Assembly: GCF_008000775.2 (NCBI RefSeq)
Contig: NZ_CP042905.2
Span: 3,360,001 to 3,392,000, forward strand
Reading direction: 5' to 3'
DNA: 32,000 nucleotides
Origin: Promethearchaeum syntrophicum
Lineage (GTDB): Archaea > Asgardarchaeota > Lokiarchaeia > Sigyniarchaeales > Promethearchaeaceae
The notes below the pieces were generated by a model. That model ran no database searches. It saw nothing but the letters and a program-made list of their open reading frames with translations, and had not been told where the DNA came from. The translations under genes were made by a program, and so were the position numbers. Shown here in pieces: positions 8,912-15,710 of the stretch; positions within the stretch are counted from its first letter, which is position 1, and each line of letters starts with the position of its first letter.

Positions 8912-9709
8912 TTAATTTTCTGGGTCTTCAGCTTCTTCGGATAGTGTGTTTTTTTCAGTATTTTGAATTTTCTCTTCTTCTTTGGCTAAAATTTTTGCAA
9001 CTTTTTCTGGCATTTTATTATTTAACCATTTATATGTCCATCGAATTCGAGCTCCTAATGTTTGCATGCAAAGTAAAGTATAAATTATAAAAAACACAGG
9101 GAAAAACCATTTTGAATATAATCCGGTAGAATATTGGGCGTTTATTGCGAAAATAGCCCATTCAATTACATAACCTATGACTAAGATGAAATACCGATCC
9201 CCTCTTTCCATTAAACCAATCCCAGCCATTACTACACCTTCTAATTCTGCACGAGATCGTGTATAGGAAATAAGGACCATAGTAATTAGGGAAATAAATC
9301 CTATCATATAATTCCAATTTTCATCCCAAATGAAGATTAATTGACCATACATCAGACCCAATATAATAATTGCGTCTGATAATCGATCAAGTGTGCTATC
9401 TAAGAAGGCACCAAATTTAGTGCTTTTTCCGGTTTTTCTGGCTACAGCTCCGTCAATTACATCAATATATCCACCCAGAAAGAATAGAAAGATCGGTGTA
9501 CCTGCCCACCACCAATAAAACGAAGGTGTAATCTCGGAATAATTATAGAGAAATATATTTGGAAATGCAAACCCAATTGCAGCAATGGTTGAGACGAAAA
9601 ATCCAATTATACTTATTGCGTTGGGTGTAATTTTGTGTTTAATACAAAATTTAACCGGTCCATTCGTAAATTTCGGAAGAAGATGTCTAAAATTATTTAA
9701 AACCATTTG
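8912..9709 (-). CDS. CDP-alcohol phosphatidyltransferase family enzyme (archaetidylinositol-phosphate or archaetidylserine synthase-like)
   Basis: The family signature DG(x2)AR(x8)G(x3)D(x3)D is present as DGAVARKTGKSTKFGAFLDSTLDRLSD, and the protein is polytopic. I prefer the ATG at 9709 (MVLNNFRHLL...) over the track's TTG at 9745. The head group cannot be assigned from sequence by eye. Confidence 0.8.
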   Translation of the reverse strand, partial: QMVLNNFRHLLPKFTNGPVKFCIKHKITPNAISIIGFFVSTIAAIGFAFPNIFLYNYSEITPSFYWWWAGTPIFLFFLGGYIDVIDGAVARKTGKSTKFGAFLDSTLDRLSDAIIILGLMYGQLIFIWDENWNYMIGFISLITMVLISYTRSRAELEGVVMAGIGLMERGDRYFILVIGYVIEWAIFAINAQYSTGLYSKWFFPVFFIIYTLLCMQTLGARIRWTYKWLNNKMPEKVAKILAKEEEKIQNTEKNTLSEEAEDPEN

Positions 9710-9789
9710 TAACGCCTTAAGTGATTGGTAAGTAAAAGAAACCAAATTTATTAAATTTCATGAATCGAAGAAAAATAAAGGAAAAAGAA

Positions 9790-10063
9790 GGAAAGCATGA
9801 TCCTGAATCCATACATTAACATTTTAGTTCATAGCAAAGATTTTCCATAAACTCCCTAAAATTCTTCTCATGTATGGATTTCACATGAAATATGACTTGA
9901 ATCATGCAGGGTCGTATTTTCCTGTTTCAGAAAAGGGTTGCTGACAATCCAATCATAGCAAGCACAAGGCAATCTCATGGATGAGCCTAGGATCTGATAT
10001 TATAGAAAACACAAGCTCCAGACTATAGTCATTAGTTTTGCGCGTATCCATCATTTTTTTTTT
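9790..10063. ncRNA. Candidate structured non-coding RNA, with class and strand unresolved
   Basis: The element sits in an ORF-free 445-bp gap between two - strand genes. GC over 9901..10050 is 62/150 by my count (about 41%), against a background of about 30%. Nested complementary segments are present: 9795-9801 GCATGAT with 9901-9907 ATCATGC, 9806-9814 AATCCATAC with 9872-9880 GTATGGATT, 9821-9827 ATTTTAG with 9856-9862 CTAAAAT, and 9999-10005 with 10023-10029. A T10 run at 10054-10063 follows the element on the + strand, and a T-rich run follows it on the - strand. Confidence 0.35.
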
Positions 10064-10190
10064 GCAAAAAAATTAAGTCGACCTCGAGTAAAATGACATA
10101 ATGTCAATCAATGCATCCCTATTTCAATAATGAATTTTGAAAATTTATACTCATTGTATTTTCTAAAATTAGAGGTTTTTTACTATGTAA

Positions 10191-10673
10191 TTATATTTTT
10201 AGTCCAATCTCGGTATAAAATAATGCTTTAATTTCTTGAGTTATTGGAGTTTTTAAAATATGAAGCTGATCAGTTAAGATATAAGAGATTTCGTGTTTGT
10301 AACTCTCGATAATTTTTATTAGATGTTGTACACTAACTGATTTTTCTACAAAGGTATTCAAGACACCCTCTTCTCCAATTCCGATTAAAATCATGAATTT
10401 ATTAGTGTATTCCGTTAATTGGGTTGTTACTTCTCCAAAATTCATGAAAGCACCTTGAATTGCTGCTGATTCGAACATCGGTGCAGTGAAAGCAGATACT
10501 GTGCTGGCAAAATCTTTTTCTAAATTGGTAGTATTGGAATATGTATCCCATCGGGAGCGTGCTGATATTAAATTCCCATCCCGATCCATTATCATAACGT
10601 GAAGAGTTTCTGGGATTTTATATAGAATATCCTTAAGAATTGTATCTAATCTATTCGAATCTTTCGCGTTCAT
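10191..10673 (-). CDS. Roadblock/LC7 (MglB-like) domain protein, paralog 1, 160 aa
   Basis: The pattern is typical of Roadblock: an N-terminal helix (RLDTILKDILYKIP), then HVMIMDRDGNLISARS (beta hairpin with D-x-D-G), then MFESAAIQGAFMNFGEV...QLTEY...MILIGIG. It aligns without gaps to the ORF at 12129..12584. Confidence 0.7.
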   Translation of the reverse strand: MNAKDSNRLDTILKDILYKIPETLHVMIMDRDGNLISARSRWDTYSNTTNLEKDFASTVSAFTAPMFESAAIQGAFMNFGEVTTQLTEYTNKFMILIGIGEEGVLNTFVEKSVSVQHLIKIIESYKHEISYILTDQLHILKTPITQEIKALFYTEIGLKI

Positions 10674-10708
10674 CTAAATTAACTCCAAAAAAATTTTATT
10701 ACTCCTTA

Positions 10709-10747
10709 AAATGTGAATTTATAGGTATAATGAAATGTGAATTTATA
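10709..10747. repeat. Perfect 15-bp direct repeat AAATGTGAATTTATA x2 (10709-10723 and 10733-10747), 24-bp period, with a TATA-like core
   Basis: I read it directly from the sequence. It lies in the divergent intergenic region between Roadblock paralog 1 (start 10673, -) and the 330-aa ORF (start 10863, +). Confidence 0.6.
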
Positions 10748-10862
10748 ACTATTTACTTTTTCCATTTTCTAATTTTTTTTACCTTTTTCTTGAAAAATTG
10801 AGAATTTATTCGAATTTTAATAGAAATGCATATAAAGATAAAATGACAAATTTTTATTGGAT

Positions 10863-11852
10863 ATGGCTAAAAAATCTACAAGTAAAACAAAAACAGTAAG
10901 TAAAACAACATCGACAAAAATAAATACCAATTTCAAACCAGATATGGAAGATATCGAAATTTTGCTCCAATTTGAAGGAAGGGATGTTGTAAAAAATGGA
11001 ATGAAAACTTCCATATTGGGAAAATTTCTCCAAGAATTTAATCGATTAGTATTCTATCTTGCTAAATTTCGAGGATATATTAATAATAAATTCCCAAAAT
11101 CTTGTTTTGAGTCATATCTTACCAAGATGAAGAAAACTGGGCTTACTATTATAATGAAAAATGCACCAGAACCAGAAATGAATCAACTTTTCACCGATAA
11201 TCCATATGATGCATTATTTTTTGATCTAAATGAGTTAATTGAACATATTGAAAATGATGCGGATAATTCATTCTTTAAATTAGCTTATGCACAACCGTTT
11301 GTGCGAATAACTTTACTAGATTGCATTCAAAAACTATGCCCAATATATAATACATCTCTTAAGATTTCTTATTCACCTATTGATACTTCTTTAGACGAAT
11401 CAGAAATTGAATTCAACTTCACAGAAATGCTAAAAACTAAGATAATGACTTGGATAGAAAGTGAAAAAAGGAATTTACCCTATGTAGACGGTTATTTCAT
11501 AGGATATAAAGAAGATATCGACCAGTCGATTTTCTGGATCAAAGATTTAAATAATCGAGAATTAATTTGCGAATATGATGTTGAAATACATGCCAACCTC
11601 ATAAGCTCGGTGAGAAGATTCGATCTATGCAGAATTTACGGAACTTTCATTGAAAGTCCAGGAAAAAATCCTTCAATTAAAAATTTAATAGATATTCTTA
11701 AGTTAGATGAACCTGAAGGTGAAAACATTGATCAAATTATTGCTGAGATTGAAAATGATAAAGATTTTGTAACAAGTCTTGATGCCGCAGAGGAAGAAGT
11801 GAAATCGGGCAAATTCTTAACCCGTGAAGAACTATTAGGAGGGATGTTTTAA
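10863..11852 (+). CDS. Hypothetical 330-aa protein with an antitoxin-like C-terminal tail, translationally coupled to the RelE-like gene
   Basis: The ATG is at 10863; the track's TTG at 10857 is 2 codons upstream. Its stop, TAA at 11850-11852, is followed 1 nt later by the ATG of the next gene. The C-terminal sequence DKDFVTSLDAAEEEVKSGKFLTREELL resembles the short helical tails of type II antitoxins. The N-terminal ~290 aa are unrecognised. Confidence 0.55.
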   Translation: MAKKSTSKTKTVSKTTSTKINTNFKPDMEDIEILLQFEGRDVVKNGMKTSILGKFLQEFNRLVFYLAKFRGYINNKFPKSCFESYLTKMKKTGLTIIMKNAPEPEMNQLFTDNPYDALFFDLNELIEHIENDADNSFFKLAYAQPFVRITLLDCIQKLCPIYNTSLKISYSPIDTSLDESEIEFNFTEMLKTKIMTWIESEKRNLPYVDGYFIGYKEDIDQSIFWIKDLNNRELICEYDVEIHANLISSVRRFDLCRIYGTFIESPGKNPSIKNLIDILKLDEPEGENIDQIIAEIENDKDFVTSLDAAEEEVKSGKFLTREELLGGMF

Positions 11853-11853
11853 A

Positions 11854-12132
11854 ATGATATATTCTGAAGTATATTTGTTGTCATTCAATGACTTGTATAC
11901 AAAAACATTCGCGACTCGTTATGGAAAATTACCAAAAATAGATCAAAAGCGAATTATTCAATTAATAGATGATCTAAAGGAAAATCCTAAATTAGGTAAA
12001 GAGTTAGCAAAATTTCATGGTTGGTGGAGTGCTAAAAAAGGTTATCTGCGTATAATATTTTCCATAGATTGGAATAGACAAGAAATTATATTTAGATCAC
12101 TTGCTGTAAGGAAAAAATGGAAAAAACGTTAA
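11854..12132 (+). CDS. RelE/ParE-superfamily toxin-like protein, 92 aa
   Basis: Its size and pattern fit the family: ...IIQLIDDLKENPKLGKELAKFHGWWSAKKGYLRIIFSIDWNRQEIIFRSLAVRKK. This matches the RelE/ParE consensus (xxIxxLxxNPxxGxxLxGxxxGxWxxRxGxYRIIYxIdxxxxxIxIxxIxxR). Confidence 0.65.
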   Translation: MIYSEVYLLSFNDLYTKTFATRYGKLPKIDQKRIIQLIDDLKENPKLGKELAKFHGWWSAKKGYLRIIFSIDWNRQEIIFRSLAVRKKWKKR

Positions 12133-12584
12133 ATACATTCAAAATCTTGGCTTTGGAAGAGTGATTTTATTTCATCTGTTAATGGAGCATCGGTTATTTC
12201 GTAGTTACTTAAAAGAGAGCAAATTTCATCTCTATACTGTTTTAATACTTGAAAAACATTACCGATCGGAACCGACTTACGAGTCATGACTGTCAATAGT
12301 CCCTGTCCGACACTGATCCCAAATAAAAATCCTTCACTATACTCGGTTAATTGAAATTCAACAGACCCAAGATCCATACAAGCACCTTGAGCGACAGCTG
12401 ATTCGAACATTGCTCCACTGAAAACACTAACTTCTCCAATTTCTTCAGTACATTCTTCTACACGAGATAAAGAAGTAACTAATATACCATCTCTATCTAT
12501 AATAATTATATGCATCATTTCTTGCATAGAATATAGAATTTCGTGAAGAACTGAATCTAAGCGTCCTGAATCATCTACAATCAA
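12129..12584 (-). CDS. Roadblock/LC7 (MglB-like) domain protein, paralog 2, 151 aa, TTG start
   Basis: It aligns from residue 2 with paralog 1: IVDDSGRLDSVLHEILYSMQEMMHIIIIDRDG against NAKDSNRLDTILKDILYKIPETLHVMIMDRDG. The blocks MFESAVAQGA, QLTEY and C-terminal PLTDEIKSLF also align. Because the alignment reaches the TTG codon, that start is supported over the first ATG at codon 20. Confidence 0.7.
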   Translation of the reverse strand: MIVDDSGRLDSVLHEILYSMQEMMHIIIIDRDGILVTSLSRVEECTEEIGEVSVFSGAMFESAVAQGACMDLGSVEFQLTEYSEGFLFGISVGQGLLTVMTRKSVPIGNVFQVLKQYRDEICSLLSNYEITDAPLTDEIKSLFQSQDFECI

Positions 12585-12701
12585 TAATTATTCACCGAAT
12601 AAGTTAAGATTTTTGCATTGATATTTTGGAAAATACCGGTAATAATCACAAAATTTTCTAGTAATATCCATATAAATCTATCACTTTTTCTGTAATATGT
12701 T

Positions 12702-12745
12702 GTGATGATATCGTGATGATAAACTGATGATATTGTGATGTTCTA
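12702..12745. promoter_or_regulatory. Four tandem 11-bp repeats with a (G/C)TGATG(A/T) core, one per helical turn
   Basis: The units are GTGATGATATC, GTGATGATAAA, CTGATGATATT and GTGATGTTCTA. Cores start at 12702, 12713, 12724 and 12735, an exact 11-bp phasing. The array lies in the divergent intergenic region between Roadblock paralog 2 (-) and the Roadblock-like ORF at 12780 (+), 35-78 nt upstream of the latter's ATG. Confidence 0.5.
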
Positions 12746-12779
12746 AACATCAAAAAAGCAATCTTCAATAAAATTGGTC

Positions 12780-13172
12780 ATGGCTTTAGATAGTAAAAAT
12801 CTAAAAACACACTATTTTGAGGAGAAGGGAAAACATGACCCAAATAAGTCCCCAAGGTTAATTAATGAACAAATTCTTCAAAATTTCACCGGAAAGATAC
12901 AAAAATGCTTTCCAAATTATGTTGCTGCAGTAATTAGCGATTACAATGGGTTATTAGTTCATTCAGAAATAAAAAATTCATTAGATGAAAATTTATTAGC
13001 TCTTAGCTGTATTTGTGAAGAGCGTACTTTTATGGATCTCTCAAAATATCAAAAATTGATTCGACCACTCAGTAACAATATTAAAATGCTGGTTTTGCTC
13101 AAGAAATCATGGAAAAACAAGTCTTTGATTAGAAATTTTGATGAAATTATTGAAAAAGAAAATCCAATTTGA
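12780..13172 (+). CDS. Short Roadblock/LC7-like protein, paralog 3, divergent
   Basis: The helix-hairpin-helix-strand order resembles Roadblock: INEQILQNFTGKIQ, YVAAVISDYNGLLVHSE, DENLLALSCICEE, IKMLVLLKKS. Similarity to paralogs 1 and 2 is weak. The ATG is at 12780; the track's TTG at 12774 is 2 codons upstream. Confidence 0.45.
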   Translation: MALDSKNLKTHYFEEKGKHDPNKSPRLINEQILQNFTGKIQKCFPNYVAAVISDYNGLLVHSEIKNSLDENLLALSCICEERTFMDLSKYQKLIRPLSNNIKMLVLLKKSWKNKSLIRNFDEIIEKENPI

Positions 13173-13189
13173 GAAAATTTGAAAATACC

Positions 13190-14146
13190 TTAGCTTATTT
13201 TTTTCTTTCCAGGTAAATCCAGATTAAGTTTAATAACTAATTCTTTAAATCGATTTCTTACTGTTACTTCAGTAACTTGACTTACTCTGGCAATTTCACG
13301 TTGAGTTCTTCGTTCACGATAATAAATAGAAGCGAGATAAATTGCACTTGCTGCTAGTCCTGTTGGACCTCTTCCAGATGTTAATCCCTTTCTCTCGGCG
13401 AGGCTTATAATATCATGAGCTTTTTTAGCGACATTTGAGCTTAATTTCAACTCTGAAACAAATCTATTAACATAATCTGTTGCTTTAGTGGGATTGCTAT
13501 TTAAATTCAGTTTTGATGCGACAAATCGATAGGAACGACCGATTTCTTTCTTATCAACGCGGGCAATTTCTGCAATTTCCATCAAAGTCCTAGGAATGTT
13601 ACATAATCTACAAGCAGCATATAAACTAGCTGCCGCAACACCTTCGATACTTCTTCCCCGAATTAAATGGTTTTTTACAGCAGATCTATAAATCTTGGCG
13701 GCGTTTTCTCTCAAGTTTTTATTTAATCCTAAAACAGAACTCATACGATCCAATTCAGATAGAGCAAATGTAAGATTACGCTCGGTAGCATCAGAAACTC
13801 TTATTCTGGACTGCCATCTCCTTAATCTATATATTTGGCTTCTTAATCTACTTGGAATTTCCTTTCCGCTGAAGTCTTTATTCTTCCAATCAATAATAGT
13901 GCTTAATCCTTGATCATGAATTGTAAACGTCATTGGTGCGCCTACCCGAGTTCTCCGATCTCGTTGTTCACTATCAAAAGCCCTCCATTCAGGACCACAA
14001 TTGATAATTCGAGATCGCAAGACAAGCCCACAACTTGAACATATGAGTTCACCTCTGTGACTATCAAAGATCGAATCAATCCCTTTGCAATTTGGGCATA
14101 AATTATCCGATTCTGACGGTTCAAAATTTACCATGCTTTTAGCCAT
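13190..14146 (-). CDS. tfb: Transcription initiation factor B (TFB/TFIIB)
   Basis: An N-terminal zinc ribbon, CPNCKG...CSSCGLV, is followed by a B-reader/linker and two cyclin-like repeats ([14 protein letters not shown]..., [17 protein letters not shown]..., PRTLMEIA..., [16 protein letters not shown]..., TQREIA), all in TFIIB family order. Confidence 0.95.
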   Translation of the reverse strand: MAKSMVNFEPSESDNLCPNCKGIDSIFDSHRGELICSSCGLVLRSRIINCGPEWRAFDSEQRDRRTRVGAPMTFTIHDQGLSTIIDWKNKDFSGKEIPSRLRSQIYRLRRWQSRIRVSDATERNLTFALSELDRMSSVLGLNKNLRENAAKIYRSAVKNHLIRGRSIEGVAAASLYAACRLCNIPRTLMEIAEIARVDKKEIGRSYRFVASKLNLNSNPTKATDYVNRFVSELKLSSNVAKKAHDIISLAERKGLTSGRGPTGLAASAIYLASIYYRERRTQREIARVSQVTEVTVRNRFKELVIKLNLDLPGKKKIS

Positions 14147-14190
14147 TTATATCAAGTCCTCAATTTTTTTTTGAAATTATAATTCGGATT

Positions 14191-14520
14191 TTATTTTTTT
14201 TTGGGGGAAAATTTCTTTGGTGGAGATTTACTTCGATAATTTTTCTTTTTTGGTTTACGGTTTGAAGGAAGTGTATACAATGACATTCCTCTATTATTTA
14301 GAATGTCTTCATTATGAGTATCCAAGGATCTTATCATTTTAATGGAAACGAAAGGTTTAGCAACTGGACCAAAAATATCAGCTATATTACCAATTCTCTT
14401 TTTTTCTGAAGTGTAAACAGGCTCTCCAATATCTGGTATTTTTTTGTCACTTTCCCAGCTGGAAGCGCGAATTATTAGATGATTTGAATGTGATTTTCCG
14501 AGGATCTTCCCGATGTTCAT
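14191..14520 (-). CDS. gar1: H/ACA ribonucleoprotein complex subunit Gar1
   Basis: It has the Gar1 barrel pattern: LGKSHSNHLIIRAS...PDIGEPVYTSEKKRIGNIADIFGPVAKPFVSIK. A basic K/P-rich tail follows. The gene lies 44 nt upstream of tfb on the same strand. Confidence 0.8.
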   Translation of the reverse strand: MNIGKILGKSHSNHLIIRASSWESDKKIPDIGEPVYTSEKKRIGNIADIFGPVAKPFVSIKMIRSLDTHNEDILNNRGMSLYTLPSNRKPKKKNYRSKSPPKKFSPKKK

Positions 14521-14921
14521 AATTTGCTTTACTCCGAGTGGAAAATATTACTTTTTGCATTTATTAAAAAAATCGAAAGAATTTATTAATTCTTTCACTG
14601 ATTCTGATGTGTTAAAAAAATTAGGAAAAATTTGCTTTTAAAACTTTGGAAAATTGGAAGAATCACAAATATATTTTCCAAATTTGTTTGAAATATTTCA
14701 AAAATAGATGAATCATTGTGAAAACGACTCTTCTTAAGGTATCTTAAAAAGATCGGGGGAAAAACTCTCACAATCCCGTGTATTTTTTTTCTTCCCATCA
14801 GAATGGGAAAAAAACTATAATAATTTTTAATGATAGATTTTATATTTAAGTTTTTTGATCCAATACAGAAATGTAGTGATAATATCTTGATATCACGCTA
14901 TTGAAACTTATGTCAATAATA

Positions 14922-15683
14922 TCAGTTATTTTTAGATTTTGTCGTCTGGTTTCCTTTTTTTCCCTTTTTTTTGGCATTTATCGGTGGTAGATTCAATAAT
15001 TCAGATCGAGGGTCATAATTCTCTAATTGTAAATGAGAAGAGATTTCTTTAATATTCTGCTTTATTTCTTTAATTCCCTGTAAAGTTTTAGTAGAGCATT
15101 CAATAACATCAAGAACAGATTGCTTGGATTTTGAATTATCTATTTCTATATTGAAATCCGAAAGAACATTGAAAAAAGTCTTTTTTATATCTTCTCTTTG
15201 AAATTTATTTAGTTTATCAATTTTATTAAGAATAATTAAACACGGAATTTCATTTTTGACAAAATATTGAATAAATTCAATTGATAGGGGGATTGTATTT
15301 TCATTCTTAAAGTACCATTTCTCTAACTCATCTTGGAGTCTATCCACAGCAATAACTAAGAGGGTGAGAAATATATTATTTCTATCCAACCTTAAATATT
15401 TTAAAATTTGATTTTGGATAAATTCTTCAGAAGAACGACTTAATTTTATCATTCTACCAAATCCGGGTAAATCTATGACATGATAATTCAATTTTGGATC
15501 ATTTATTATCGTTAATCTTACAGTACTTCCTGCAGTTTTCCCTACTTTTCCTTTATACCATTTAGGATGTGATAAAAGGAGTTTTGTTAAAGAAGATTTT
15601 CCAACATTGCTATTCCCAATTAAGCATAATCGAGGAAAATTACCACGCGGATATGAAAAGTTGGTTTTAATGTTGCGACCCAT
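14922..15683 (-). CDS. engB: Ribosome-biogenesis GTPase EngB/YsxC family, archaeal type
   Basis: The GTPase motifs are G1 GNSNVGKSS, G3 DLPGFG and G4 NKIDK. The IPLSIEFIQYFVKNEIPCLIILNKIDKL block parallels archaeal EngB (for example IPIDVEFYQFL...VAVNKLDKI in the M. jannaschii homolog as I recall it). Confidence 0.8.
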   Translation of the reverse strand: MGRNIKTNFSYPRGNFPRLCLIGNSNVGKSSLTKLLLSHPKWYKGKVGKTAGSTVRLTIINDPKLNYHVIDLPGFGRMIKLSRSSEEFIQNQILKYLRLDRNNIFLTLLVIAVDRLQDELEKWYFKNENTIPLSIEFIQYFVKNEIPCLIILNKIDKLNKFQREDIKKTFFNVLSDFNIEIDNSKSKQSVLDVIECSTKTLQGIKEIKQNIKEISSHLQLENYDPRSELLNLPPINAKKKGKKGNQTTKSKNN

Positions 15684-15710
15684 TATTAATCAATCCTTCT
15701 TGGAATTAAT

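Noticed and set aside
9790-10063. A firm assignment of the structured region as RNase P RNA or SRP (7S) RNA.
   Set aside because: There are partial string resemblances to RNase P CR-I, CR-IV and CR-V. However, I could not form P4 or P1 pairings, and there is no room for P1-P3 upstream of the CR-I-like string. The SRP helix-8 signature (AGGxCxGGAAGGAAGCA with a GNAR loop) is absent on both strands. I therefore kept it as an unclassified candidate only.
12702-12745. The GTGATGA/CTGA strings could be the C, D', C' and D boxes of a C/D-box sRNA.
   Set aside because: The spacing is wrong. The boxes are 4 nt apart, whereas ~12-nt guide regions are required. D' and C' would overlap, and there is no terminal CUGA D box or closing stem. 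The strict 11-bp periodicity fits a DNA-level repeat better.
14595-14798. A 67-aa ORF in the engB-gar1 intergenic region.
   Set aside because: Its composition is low-complexity and F/I/L-rich, typical of a random AT-rich reading frame. It has no motif and no RBS. The region also contains hairpins (14754-14778 and 14792-14809) with T-runs that fit terminator or promoter signals for the flanking - strand genes better.
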